DNA of 64,000 bases, taken from the IMG/VR virus record IMGVR_UViG_3300026484_000110; one strand, given 5' to 3'. The notes below the pieces were generated by a model. It was not told where the DNA came from and did not search any database. It saw only the letters and a program-made list of their open reading frames with translations. Position 1 is the stretch's first letter. Every line of letters starts with the position of its first letter. The translations under genes were made by a program, and so were the position numbers. Of the stretch, positions 8,645 through 19,193 are shown one piece after another. The DNA comes from a virus.

Positions 8645-11480
8645 ATTTAATATCTAATTCAGGTCTTAACGTACCGTCATTTGCTTGTGTTAAAATTTTA
8701 TTTATCACTATTTGACTACTATTAGTTGTATATTTTTTAATATCTACATCGCCGGCTGAATCTAGATTTGTAATTTTTACAGATACTATTGATTCTCCTA
8801 ATGTATTAGCAATTTCATTTGCTATTTCAGATACACGTTTATTATCTCTTAAACCTTGTTGTAGAATTTTACCTGCTACTGATTTAAAATTAATAATTAA
8901 TTCAGGAGTAACAGTTGTATCTACTACATATATTGTAATTACTGGCGTTACAAAATTAGGAGAAACATAAACTAGATTATTAACAGTTAATTTTACATCC
9001 TTTAAATTGTTTTTAGGTTTGTACTTAATGACAGTGTTTTCTAATAATCTGCTGTTTATGTATTCTAATTCATCTACAATTGATCTTGTTAATTCTGTGT
9101 ATAAATCAATTCTATAATTAATGTATTTATTATTGTTAGCTGCCCTATAAGGATATTCTAAAAATAAAATATCTACATAATGTTCTATTCCTAAGTCGAA
9201 ATCTATAATAGGATTACCATCTTCGTCTAGTATTACATCTCCCTTTTTATGGAGTATTATTGGATTACCGTCTTCGTCCAATACTGGATCTCCCTTTTTA
9301 TGTAACACGACTAATTTAATGTCGTCATTTATATCATCGCCGTCAGTGTCTACTTCTTCATATTTAGGAGTACCAGATTCATCTAGTTCATATATATCTT
9401 CTGCGTATGTTAAATAAATATCATTTTCATATTTTTTATATTTTCTATTTGTATAATTTACATCGTAGTTACTATATAGATATTTTAAATACTTACCAAA
9501 TTCTAATACAAGACTTTCTTGGTAGATAGCTGATTTTCCATCTATGTCTAATATTTTATTTTTCATATTTGTATCAGTATCATTTGGTATAGATTTTGTA
9601 GAATAAATTAACAGGTGTGCGTTATTTATTAAGTCTATTTTTCCCACGGATACTTTTGATAAAAAGTCTTTTATTAAGATTTTATTTTCATTATCTATGT
9701 ATCCTGTGGTAGAAATTTTAATTTTACCTATTAAACCTATATTATCACTATAGACATTACCGAAGAATGTAAAGTTTATATCTTTGTTATCTGTTAATAA
9801 AGTTAATTGTAATTTTATATTTTCTAAATCCATACTAAGAAAATTATCATCCGGATTTAGTCTAAAATATAAATAGTAGTCATCTTTTACTCTACTTAAT
9901 CTATAATCAGATAGAGTTACTAACATATCAATGGTATCGTTTAATTTTGTATCTTTGTTACCAAATACTCTAGGTGCATTTAAATCATATGCTCTAACTT
10001 TCAATTCGTCATCATAGTCAGTTATATATTTGTAAATATTGTAAAATAATTTTTTATTATTTAATAATTCCATTAAACTAATTGCATCTGTAGTATTTAA
10101 TAGATTATCTAATTCTGAATTGTTTAATGGAATAGGATTTCCATTTTCCAATTTAAAAATAGTAAATGGATTAATGATTACACTGTTATTAAAAGTTTTA
10201 ATTCTTTCACCATCGATTACGCCGGCATCTATTTTTAGAGTATCCATAAAAATATCCGCTAGTGAATCTACATCATTACCTAGATCACCTATTTTTTTAT
10301 TAGCTATGTAAATCCTATCTAGTATTGTATCTACTTTACCTACTAAATCATAACCTAATTGATTTAACTCTTCCATTATCTCATCTTCTGTAATTGGTAT
10401 TTCGTTATCACCAGTAGTATGGTAGATAATCTTATTTTTTAATTCTTCAAAACCTATTTCGTTTCTGCCACCATATGTAAAACCAAGACCTTTACAATAT
10501 ATCGCAGTATTCTGTAATGCTTTAATTCTATTATCGGTAGCATCTGTAAAATCTGGATACTGTATTTCAATGTCTTCAGGTTTATAGTCTTGTAAAGGTA
10601 ATATTAATTCACCTTTTGTAGTAAACATATCTATTATTATATCGTTTGCTACCATATTATCTAATATATAATTTAATGGTATCTCCACTAAAACTTTATT
10701 ATCTATAGGTTTTATAAATGCTGTAACTACGTTAGGATTGTAAACAAAATTACTATATGTTTTACGTAATGTAAACATATCGTTTAGATTCGGGGAATAT
10801 GCTTTAATATCTGTATAACAGTACTGATCATTAATTAGAATTTCTTTACTATATGGTTTACTAGACACTATGTTATCTAAAATTTTAGTATATAATAATT
10901 GCTGAATAGATACATCGAAGATAATCCATTCTACTAAATTACCATCTGTTATTATACCAGAATTTAAAATTAAGTCATTATCATGGCTGATACCTAAATC
11001 ATTACCTACTAATCTTACAAACGTTTTATTAGTATCATAAAGACGTATATCAATGTCGTTTAACAATGTAAAACTGACATCGTTTACTATTATTTTTGTA
11101 AATTTAGGCATTATTATTTCTATATAACTGCTACCTCTTATCCCATATGTTAATAATTCTTTTTTATTTATAAAGAATCTAAAATCACCAGTAGCTGGAG
11201 TAGCAAAAATATCTTGTAATTCATTATCTGCTAAATGGTGATAAAGATCTTCTTTGGTGGTAGCTAATTGAGGATACATTTTTTTAATATTATATGCCGA
11301 CTCCATAACTACTGCGCTACCTACTAACGCATTACTTTCTACTAAAAATACGAAAGGATTATTTGGATCAGGTATATTGATTTTACCTTTGGTATTTTCT
11401 TCTAAAATAGATAATACTTTACTTTGTATTGCTCCTGGGTTATAAAGCAATGGTCTTAAATCATCTAACATATTTGCCAT
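8625..11480 (-). CDS. Large virion structural protein, probable baseplate wedge subunit (phiKZ gp87-like)
   Basis: N-terminal NPGAIQ...DPNNPFVFLVE...YPQLATTKEDLYHH and HKKGDPVLDEDGNPI repeat recalled from phiKZ-like structural proteins. Position beside a tube-like gene. Confidence 0.65.
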   Translation of the reverse strand: MANMLDDLRPLLYNPGAIQSKVLSILEENTKGKINIPDPNNPFVFLVESNALVGSAVVMESAYNIKKMYPQLATTKEDLYHHLADNELQDIFATPATGDFRFFINKKELLTYGIRGSSYIEIIMPKFTKIIVNDVSFTLLNDIDIRLYDTNKTFVRLVGNDLGISHDNDLILNSGIITDGNLVEWIIFDVSIQQLLYTKILDNIVSSKPYSKEILINDQYCYTDIKAYSPNLNDMFTLRKTYSNFVYNPNVVTAFIKPIDNKVLVEIPLNYILDNMVANDIIIDMFTTKGELILPLQDYKPEDIEIQYPDFTDATDNRIKALQNTAIYCKGLGFTYGGRNEIGFEELKNKIIYHTTGDNEIPITEDEIMEELNQLGYDLVGKVDTILDRIYIANKKIGDLGNDVDSLADIFMDTLKIDAGVIDGERIKTFNNSVIINPFTIFKLENGNPIPLNNSELDNLLNTTDAISLMELLNNKKLFYNIYKYITDYDDELKVRAYDLNAPRVFGNKDTKLNDTIDMLVTLSDYRLSRVKDDYYLYFRLNPDDNFLSMDLENIKLQLTLLTDNKDINFTFFGNVYSDNIGLIGKIKISTTGYIDNENKILIKDFLSKVSVGKIDLINNAHLLIYSTKSIPNDTDTNMKNKILDIDGKSAIYQESLVLEFGKYLKYLYSNYDVNYTNRKYKKYENDIYLTYAEDIYELDESGTPKYEEVDTDGDDINDDIKLVVLHKKGDPVLDEDGNPIILHKKGDVILDEDGNPIIDFDLGIEHYVDILFLEYPYRAANNNKYINYRIDLYTELTRSIVDELEYINSRLLENTVIKYKPKNNLKDVKLTVNNLVYVSPNFVTPVITIYVVDTTVTPELIINFKSVAGKILQQGLRDNKRVSEIANEIANTLGESIVSVKITNLDSAGDVDIKKYTTNSSQIVINKILTQANDGTLRPELDIKLDITSL
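9205..9306 (-). repeat. Two imperfect 51-bp (17-aa) coding tandem repeats
   Basis: LHKKGDPVLDEDGNPII / LHKKGDVILDEDGNPII. Confidence 0.85.
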
Positions 11481-11481
11481 T

Positions 11482-12573
11482 TTATACTCCTTTAATTTTT
11501 TCTTCTAATGTTTTATAAGTAGCACTAGATTTAGGTAATAACCACTTGAATCTATATGTTTTAGGATCTATATAAGGATAACCTCTAAAATTCACTATTT
11601 CCAATAATTCATACGGTATTTCAACCATCACGTCTTTATTTCCTGCTAGATATGATCTATAGGCTGGATTGAATATACCATGGACGGCATTAAATTCCCT
11701 TATTAAAATATCATCGTTATAATTGGCACCCATACATTTAAATCTGATATTTATTTCTTTTGTTTGGTCTGAATAAGGTCTATCATTACTAAAGTCAAAG
11801 AACTTACCTGTAGGTACATTTATTGGAAATGCAGCACCAGTAGCTGCTATTCTTTTTATATATTTTAATGTTGGGTCTAATACTACTCTATATATTCGAG
11901 TATTATAATCTATTTCGTTTTCTAATACAAAGTCCCAATATGGTGCTATCATTCCTTCAAATACTAATGAAGCATATTGTATCCAAGTTTGAAATAATAA
12001 CAATATTGGATCTGTCACTAAGTTTTTAAACGTAATATCTAAATCAAATACATCATTTACTTCATAAGTACCATCTATATATGAAACTTGTTCTCTCCTC
12101 AGACCAGAAGAACTTGTCCATTCTGGTACTACGATATCGGGCCAACCACTTACGTTTTGTATAGTATTAGTTAGGATAGGTATGAAAGGATTAAATTTGT
12201 CTACTAAAGGACAGTCTATTGTTTCACTACCATAATATTTATCTTCTAATTTACCATTTACATATAACTTAAATGGTAATCTAGGATCCAACATTACTCT
12301 CACGTATCTTTGTATAGTCATTGGGTCTTTAGTTAACAAAGGATAAAATTGCCTAATGTTTCTTAAATTAGTAGATCTTAAGTTTAGTTGTGGTCTAGTA
12401 AAAAAGGTAAATCCTTGATAATCTAAACTGGATTTTACAGGAGGTAAGAGTCTTGTATGCTTTAGACCATATAACATATTGCTTAAAGACTTATCCATAG
12501 CTCCTAAATTTGTATTTTCCAAAAAATCGTTTATATTGCCATCATAAATAGGTTTCATAGTTTTATCATTCAT
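11482..12573 (-). CDS. Tail-tube-like baseplate protein (phiKZ gp88-like)
   Basis: GFTFFTRPQLNL, SGWPD, IDYNTRIYRVVLD motifs. Start moved to MNDK after the AAAGGA RBS. Confidence 0.65.
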   Translation of the reverse strand: MNDKTMKPIYDGNINDFLENTNLGAMDKSLSNMLYGLKHTRLLPPVKSSLDYQGFTFFTRPQLNLRSTNLRNIRQFYPLLTKDPMTIQRYVRVMLDPRLPFKLYVNGKLEDKYYGSETIDCPLVDKFNPFIPILTNTIQNVSGWPDIVVPEWTSSSGLRREQVSYIDGTYEVNDVFDLDITFKNLVTDPILLLFQTWIQYASLVFEGMIAPYWDFVLENEIDYNTRIYRVVLDPTLKYIKRIAATGAAFPINVPTGKFFDFSNDRPYSDQTKEINIRFKCMGANYNDDILIREFNAVHGIFNPAYRSYLAGNKDVMVEIPYELLEIVNFRGYPYIDPKTYRFKWLLPKSSATYKTLEEKIKGV

Positions 12574-12657
12574 GCCTTTTCCTTTAATCATATATCGCAT
12601 TTTCAAGAAATCCAGGAATCGTTTGAATTGAATATCTATTATATTAAGGAGAAAATA

Positions 12658-13752
12658 ATGTTGAGTATTAATTCAGTGCTTACTGTTTTACAAAATCTTT
12701 CTGAAAAAATAACTTTGGATAATACTAGTTTACCAGTCACCGTTAGCAATGATGTTGTTACATTTATGGAGGATTATGTTATTACGCCAAATGTAGTTTT
12801 GAGTAACAATTTGAAATACATGGACGAAAAAAATTTAAGAAGCTTAATAAAGGCAGAGTTGGCTGTATTTGGTTCAATTGTAGCTGAATCAATTAGAGTA
12901 ATGGCAGACGTTTATAATTTAAGTCCTAGGGTAATTATTGAAAAAATAAGAGACGTGAGAAGTGCCAGTGTAACTAGTGCTGCTAATAATTTATTTTCTG
13001 GTAATGAAGAAACTGATTTTATTACGAATATGTTTGACATTGAAGGTCTAGTATCCACTGGTTTTGAAGCTAAAGACAATGAAAAGAAAAAACAAACTGT
13101 TATTGATAAAAAAGACGTAATGAAAGATACAGGAATATTTGTTAGTAAATATGAGGTTAAGATAGAAACTAAAATAGGTGATACTACCAAGTTAGTAGTA
13201 ATACCTTTATTTATACAAGCTAATATTATATTCACAGATACCAAAGCGTTATTGGATGGAGTAGTTGAAAAAGATGTAGGATTTTTTGCTAGATTAGACG
13301 AATGGAGAGCAGGAGCTATCAGTTTAGCAGAATTTTTATTTGCCACAGATTTAGTAAAAGAGTATAAAAAGAATAGAATCAAAAATCAATCAGATATAGT
13401 CAAGATTTTGACAGAGAAAAAATCAAATAACATGTTAAAATTATTAAGCGGTAGAGGCAGAAGTTTTTCTGAATATTATAACATATTTAATTTTGACATT
13501 AATGAAAAATCAATGATAGACAATATTATAAAAGGTGACGTAATTAAAAGTAGTAAATACAAAGATAATTTATTAGAGGCATTGAGAGCATTTAGCGTAT
13601 CGTTTGTAGATAATAACAAAGAAAGAATATTTTATTTAACAAAGTTAAGTAAAATACCATCAGTAATTACGTTTAAGATGTTAGGTAAAGAAAAAGATAC
13701 AGATGCAAATGAAATATTTAAAAATCTATTATCTGGTAGACCACCATTTTAA
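12658..13752 (+). CDS. Internal head protein (phiKZ gp89-like)
   Basis: Position, SGNE/TGFE processing-type sites, WRAGAISLAEFLFATDLVKEYKK. Start after AAGGAG. Confidence 0.6.
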   Translation: MLSINSVLTVLQNLSEKITLDNTSLPVTVSNDVVTFMEDYVITPNVVLSNNLKYMDEKNLRSLIKAELAVFGSIVAESIRVMADVYNLSPRVIIEKIRDVRSASVTSAANNLFSGNEETDFITNMFDIEGLVSTGFEAKDNEKKKQTVIDKKDVMKDTGIFVSKYEVKIETKIGDTTKLVVIPLFIQANIIFTDTKALLDGVVEKDVGFFARLDEWRAGAISLAEFLFATDLVKEYKKNRIKNQSDIVKILTEKKSNNMLKLLSGRGRSFSEYYNIFNFDINEKSMIDNIIKGDVIKSSKYKDNLLEALRAFSVSFVDNNKERIFYLTKLSKIPSVITFKMLGKEKDTDANEIFKNLLSGRPPF

Positions 13753-13766
13753 AAAAGGAGAAAGTT

Positions 13767-14681
13767 ATGCTATCAAATTTATTTAAGAAAACTTATAGTA
13801 AAGATAATCTTGTAAAAGCTTTAGAACATGCAGAAGATTGGTTAAACAATGTTACAATACTCGAATTATCTAAATTAATCAAGTTGTTGTCCGGATTACC
13901 TAAAAAAGAAAGAACAGAAATAATTAAACATGTTTATTTTAGGGATTTAGGTTATAAGGATGATATTGAATTACTTACAGACATTAAAAAGTTAATTATG
14001 AAAATATCTGATGTTATTCCAGAACTAGAGACTAAAATAGTAAATGATTTACCAGAATCAATACCTTTGGAAACTAATGATCCAAATATTAATACAGCGC
14101 TTACGATGGTATCAATGTCAACTTTCTTTGCTTACTATATACCTGATTTTATTACATGGGCAGTGGATGGTTTATATTTGAAAGAGGCATTTACAGAAGA
14201 CCAAGTTAAACTCTATAATAAAGTAGTTGAAAGTATGCCTACATTAGTTTATTTTCTAGATTATGTAAAAGCCGATTTAAACGAAATAGTATCTAATATT
14301 GGGAATTTACCTACACCAAAATCTAAATCAGGATTCATGGCTAGTTTAATTGCCAAATTTATGAAAAATGAATTAAATGTAAATAATAATTTTACATTAG
14401 GTTTAACGACAGGTTTACTTTCATGGTCAGCAGGAGATTTAAAAACTAATTTTAAATATAATCCTATATATCATATTAGAAAATTTTTAGTGGATGTAGA
14501 ATTAAACAAATTAGAATCTTTAAAAGATAAAAAGAGATTGTTAGAATTAAAACTATTGGAACTAAAGAATAAATTAAAGGATAATCCTAATGATGAAAAA
14601 CTTAAAAAACAAATTGAGTATTATGAAAAGAAACTAGCCAAAACAGAAGAAAAAATAGAAGCTATTATGGATGTAGAATAA
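13767..14681 (+). CDS. Internal head protein (phiKZ gp90-like)
   Basis: NFKYNPIYHIR followed by C-terminal coiled coil RLLELKLLELK...QIEYYEKKL. Confidence 0.65.
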   Translation: MLSNLFKKTYSKDNLVKALEHAEDWLNNVTILELSKLIKLLSGLPKKERTEIIKHVYFRDLGYKDDIELLTDIKKLIMKISDVIPELETKIVNDLPESIPLETNDPNINTALTMVSMSTFFAYYIPDFITWAVDGLYLKEAFTEDQVKLYNKVVESMPTLVYFLDYVKADLNEIVSNIGNLPTPKSKSGFMASLIAKFMKNELNVNNNFTLGLTTGLLSWSAGDLKTNFKYNPIYHIRKFLVDVELNKLESLKDKKRLLELKLLELKNKLKDNPNDEKLKKQIEYYEKKLAKTEEKIEAIMDVE

Positions 14682-14745
14682 TCGTGGATAGGTTTTCCTA
14701 TCTGCGAGATTTCTTTGAATTTCTGTATAATTAAGGAGAATAATA

Positions 14746-16317
14746 ATGGATAGAATAAATAAATATGAAGGTTTTGAGGTTGAAACAACTAATAATGAGT
14801 CTAGTAAAGAAGAATCGTATATCGATTATATAGACGCTGTAGAAGATTTAAAACAAAACTTAGTTAAAGCTAGTAAAGTCTCTACTGCTAGTAGTGTTAT
14901 AAATAATACCACACAGACTGATGATTTGTATGTAGCTACTGAGTATGTTAAAATCAATTTACAAATGTTGGGAATAAATATAAATACAGTTGATCCAGGT
15001 TTCGAGGGAGTGTTAGATACCAGTATAAATGCTATCAAAAACTTTTTTAAAACAATTATAAATACAATAGGTGAATTATTAAAAGCTATTTATAAATTTC
15101 TAGACAAATTGATAAATACTATTATATCATGGTTTAAAAAAGATAAAAAGACTGTTAAAGAAGAAGTAGAAGAAAGTTATGAAAAAGCTAAAAAGAAAGC
15201 TGAAAAAGAACATAAAAATATCGATGAAGAATTAGATAGAATTGTAGAAAATGATGAAGATTATGATTTATTAGATAGAATAAAAAATGAGACATTGATG
15301 AGAATGCCTATGGTCTTATATATGGCAGGACATATCGATTCTTATAATGTTATAGACGTAATGAGAGCTTTATTAGAAGTATTTTATAAATTAGAAAATT
15401 TACAGATACCTGAAGCATTAGATATGATATTCCCTATGGATACACATATGTTTATATTTAAAAATAAAATTATGGAAAATATTAATACAGTTGTATTGTC
15501 TAAAGATTATGAAGTACTAGCTAATGAAGTAGATGTTATTAAAAAACTATATAGAGATGATTTAAAAGAGCTACATAAATTACCATTACTATTTGATGTA
15601 AAATATGATAGTGATTATTTAATAAAAGTTTATAAAGACATTTTAACGTATGAAGATATAAAAGATACTGACAATAATAAAATAATTATTACATCTATTG
15701 GACCTAATGAGATTTCATATTTAAGATTAACAATAAAACCTGATTTTGAGAAATGTTATAAAGACATGATGGAAATATTAAAACGTTCTACTAAAGCTGA
15801 TGAAAGAGCGTTTGATGAATTATTAGAGGTGTTTAACAGTATTTATAAAACTTATCTAAATATTAGTATTATGCCTGGTAGGTTAACAAAAGATATAGTA
15901 GAATCTTTAGGATATAAATTTAAAGATATGTTGGATGAATCCGACATAGTTACTAGAGGACAATTAGAGAAAGTAATAAAAGCATTAGCTACATATGACG
16001 CTGTTACTGAAAAATTTAAAATAGGTATATATAGAGAAAAAGAATTAAAAAACAAAATAAATAAGTTTATGAGAAGTTTTAAAACTATGAATGAAGTGAT
16101 GAAACAATTTTTAAATAATAGCGATAATCCAGACATGAAACGATTAGGTAAAGTTTGGTTTAAATATAGTGAACTCATCTTACATACATTACAAATGATG
16201 AGTAATACTGTGCACAGTATTAGTAAATACTATAGGGACTTTATCTTTAACAAGAAAGGTATGTCTTTATTTATAAGAATATTATCTGATTATTATACAA
16301 AAATGCCAGTTAGGTAA
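14746..16317 (+). CDS. Internal head/ejection protein paralogue 1 (phiKZ gp93-like family)
   Basis: Acidic propeptide with GFE sites, NLQMLG motif, amphipathic helix IKNFFKTIINTIGELL. Confidence 0.7.
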   Translation: MDRINKYEGFEVETTNNESSKEESYIDYIDAVEDLKQNLVKASKVSTASSVINNTTQTDDLYVATEYVKINLQMLGININTVDPGFEGVLDTSINAIKNFFKTIINTIGELLKAIYKFLDKLINTIISWFKKDKKTVKEEVEESYEKAKKKAEKEHKNIDEELDRIVENDEDYDLLDRIKNETLMRMPMVLYMAGHIDSYNVIDVMRALLEVFYKLENLQIPEALDMIFPMDTHMFIFKNKIMENINTVVLSKDYEVLANEVDVIKKLYRDDLKELHKLPLLFDVKYDSDYLIKVYKDILTYEDIKDTDNNKIIITSIGPNEISYLRLTIKPDFEKCYKDMMEILKRSTKADERAFDELLEVFNSIYKTYLNISIMPGRLTKDIVESLGYKFKDMLDESDIVTRGQLEKVIKALATYDAVTEKFKIGIYREKELKNKINKFMRSFKTMNEVMKQFLNNSDNPDMKRLGKVWFKYSELILHTLQMMSNTVHSISKYYRDFIFNKKGMSLFIRILSDYYTKMPVR

Positions 16318-16358
16318 CTTTGTATTGAAAAAATAAATCAAAATTGAAGGAGATTTTA

Positions 16359-17717
16359 ATGGGACCATTAGATAGAGTATTAGGATTTGAAGAAGCAGAT
16401 GAGCTTACTGGTAACGGAGTAATTGACTTCGGTAATGCAGAAGTAGAACCAGAAGAAGCAATGATGGAAGCAGTAGAAGCTTTTGAAGAAGTAACTACTG
16501 TGGCAACCGATTTAGAAGTATTGACAAACGGATTCGAAGCTATCGAACATAGCATAGCTATCGATGCTGAATTGATTGCAAAAGGTAAAATGACACCCGA
16601 AACAGCAGTAGTAGGATTTGAGTCTTTTAAAGCAAACCTAAAAATGTTAGGTGTAGATCCTGAGTCTGTAGCTGTAGCGGGATTTGAAGAAGATGGTGGT
16701 AAAGGTGAAAAAGAAGGATGGCTAGGTAAAATCTGGGGAGCTATTAAAACCGGACTTAAAAAATTATGGGAAGCTGTAGTTAGATTCGTAGAAAAAGTAT
16801 CTGATTTTATAGCTAGCCTATTCGGTAAAAGAGCTAGAAGTGCAGATAGTCTTAAAAAACTACTTGAGAAAGTAAAAGAAGCAGGTAAAGATTTACCTAA
16901 AGATGCTAAATTTAGCGAAGGTGATGCTAAAACTCTAGCCAATAATCTAGCAGTAATTGAAACAGTATGTAAAACTGTAGATGTAAAAGGAATTGAATGC
17001 TTCCTAAAAGAAGCAGAGGATATATTTGCAACTACAGTAGACGGCTATGAAATATTGTCAAAGACGATAACAGATAATAAAGATGAAAAGAAAATTAAAG
17101 CATCTTTATTGGGTACTATTTCTAGTCTTAAATCAGGTAAGATCGAAGGCGTAGCTGGTGAAGTAGTTAAAAATAAAATAAAACTTGATAATAAATACGT
17201 TTATGGTACAGTTAGTGAAATTAGACCTAATTTAATTAAGGTAGTTGTTTTATCGGCCGATAAAAAAAGAATAGATGAAATTGAAACAGAACTTAATAAG
17301 GACGATGCTAACCTTACAAAAGTTATTAATGATTTAAGAAAAGCAATAGCATACAATGTAGTAGAAGTAAGACCTGATAAAAAGCAGGTAGAGGCTCTTG
17401 CTAAGAAAATTCAACCTGTAGATGTAAAAGAAGCTGAGCAAATTGTGACAGCTCTTGAGAAAGCGTCTAAACCTATTAGTAAAACAGTAAAAGATATTAA
17501 AAAAGTTGTTAAAGAAACAGATAAACAAATTAAAGATTTAATTAAAATTGCTGAAAAAGATGACTTATATAAAACATACTTAGTATTTCTTAATAAGGTA
17601 ATAATACCGATGAGCAGGGCAGTTGCTACGGGAGCTATAAATACGGCAGCTGAACTTACTAAATCTAGAATTGCTATGTTAGTTACATATAGTGTTAAAC
17701 TATATACTAAATCTTAA
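16359..17717 (+). CDS. Internal head/ejection protein paralogue 2
   Basis: Four GFE sites, NLKMLG, IKTGLKKLWEAVVRFVEKV. Start at MGPL after the RBS. Confidence 0.75.
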   Translation: MGPLDRVLGFEEADELTGNGVIDFGNAEVEPEEAMMEAVEAFEEVTTVATDLEVLTNGFEAIEHSIAIDAELIAKGKMTPETAVVGFESFKANLKMLGVDPESVAVAGFEEDGGKGEKEGWLGKIWGAIKTGLKKLWEAVVRFVEKVSDFIASLFGKRARSADSLKKLLEKVKEAGKDLPKDAKFSEGDAKTLANNLAVIETVCKTVDVKGIECFLKEAEDIFATTVDGYEILSKTITDNKDEKKIKASLLGTISSLKSGKIEGVAGEVVKNKIKLDNKYVYGTVSEIRPNLIKVVVLSADKKRIDEIETELNKDDANLTKVINDLRKAIAYNVVEVRPDKKQVEALAKKIQPVDVKEAEQIVTALEKASKPISKTVKDIKKVVKETDKQIKDLIKIAEKDDLYKTYLVFLNKVIIPMSRAVATGAINTAAELTKSRIAMLVTYSVKLYTKS

Positions 17718-17728
17718 GGTATTAAATA

Positions 17729-17755
17729 ATTCACTAGGGAAATTCCCTAGTGAAT
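17729..17755 (+). terminator. Hairpin terminator
   Basis: attcactaggga-aat-tccctagtgaat. Confidence 0.7.
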
Positions 17756-17795
17756 CACTTTTTTCCATGAATGAGATTAGACTAAAGGAAAAAAG

Positions 17796-19166
17796 ATGGA
17801 TTTAATAAAACAATACACGTATAATGTTGAATGTGAGGTGAGCGTTGAAAAAGATGATGAACTATCCATTGGGTTAGAGGAAATGGAATATATGGATCTG
17901 ATAGATGAGCAAATACAAATTTCTAAAGCTACAGACTTAGCGTTAAATGCTTATAATGTAAATAATGACATAGTGACAAACGGTTATGAGGACATGCTAA
18001 GCAATCTTAAAATATTAGGTATATCTGATATTAGAACAGGTAATGAAGATGCTAAAACTCTTTTAAAAAAGACATGGAGAATAGTAAAGACGGCTATAAT
18101 AGAATCTATAAGAATTACAGCTGAATTAATGGTAAAAGCAGTTAATTTCTTGTTTAGAGTAATTACAGGTAAGACTGTGTTTATCTCACAGATGAGAAAA
18201 AGAGTGAATGAAATACGAACAAAGCGATTATCCAGAGCTTCTACAGCATTATCGGATAAAGTTGCTGATAAAATAAGAAAACAATTATTTGGTGTTGGTA
18301 TTGTGTCTAACGAAATTAGTTATGTAGGGTTATTTAGGTATTTTAATGTAGTTAAAGGTTTAGATGTTAAGGAATACAATAACGTAGCCTTAATTGCAGC
18401 ATTAGAGGATAATCCTAGTGAGATAGCCAGTAAAGTAAAAACTATTTTTCAAAAGTTAACAGGTATTCGAATTATAAAACAGAAAAATATAAATATACCT
18501 GATGATCCAGATGAAATATTAGATATTTTCGAATCACTTTTATTATTTTCTTATTATAATAATAAAATTGGATTATCTGAAATAGACAAAGTTTTAGACA
18601 AAATTTTACCAAGTAACTTAGACAAGAAAATAAACATTATTTCCTTAAATTATGATAAAGTAGTATTAGGTGTACGGATGTATAAAAATCCGGATACTAG
18701 TAATATTATTAAAAATATGGTCTATAGTAAAGGTGATGAAAACTTAACATTGTTAAATGATGCTATGAATAAATTAAAATCTTTAACAAAGTATGAAAAA
18801 ATTTCTTTAAATCCTACAAATACAAATTACAAGAATTTCACTGTTAAAGTACTAGACGTTGATGAAGTAGATGGAACAATACGTGAAATAGAATTAATGG
18901 CTAAACATTATAAGGGTATCTTAGATAAGTATAAAAGACAGTTTAGTAAGTTTAATAAATACGTTAACAAACTATTAGAACACGGTGATAGTCTTCAAAA
19001 ATTAAAGGGTGAAGTATATAGAAATATGGTGTCCTATTTACTAAATACAGAATTTAAATTCATTATAGATAGTTTTAATGGACTTATTAGTATGTCTAGA
19101 AATGTGAACAATTATGCTATTTATGATTACTTAGATGAATGTTTAAAACTATATGAAGTATTTTAA
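17796..19166 (+). CDS. Internal head/ejection protein paralogue 3
   Basis: GLE/GYE/GNE sites, NLKILG, amphipathic helix. Confidence 0.7.
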   Translation: MDLIKQYTYNVECEVSVEKDDELSIGLEEMEYMDLIDEQIQISKATDLALNAYNVNNDIVTNGYEDMLSNLKILGISDIRTGNEDAKTLLKKTWRIVKTAIIESIRITAELMVKAVNFLFRVITGKTVFISQMRKRVNEIRTKRLSRASTALSDKVADKIRKQLFGVGIVSNEISYVGLFRYFNVVKGLDVKEYNNVALIAALEDNPSEIASKVKTIFQKLTGIRIIKQKNINIPDDPDEILDIFESLLLFSYYNNKIGLSEIDKVLDKILPSNLDKKINIISLNYDKVVLGVRMYKNPDTSNIIKNMVYSKGDENLTLLNDAMNKLKSLTKYEKISLNPTNTNYKNFTVKVLDVDEVDGTIREIELMAKHYKGILDKYKRQFSKFNKYVNKLLEHGDSLQKLKGEVYRNMVSYLLNTEFKFIIDSFNGLISMSRNVNNYAIYDYLDECLKLYEVF

Positions 19167-19193
19167 TAAACTGATAAAAAAAAGGAGCAAATT

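Noticed and set aside
9205-9306. 51-bp tandem repeat as a variable or DGR-like locus
   Set aside because: It is an in-frame coding duplication with mostly synonymous differences, and no RT is present.
16310-16942. Long antisense ORFs (16310..16942, 12912..13382, 19919..20458, 51167..51553, 60564..60911 and similar short tracked ORFs)
   Set aside because: They are shadows of well-supported genes on the opposite strand, with Ser/Phe/Ile-biased translations and no RBS.
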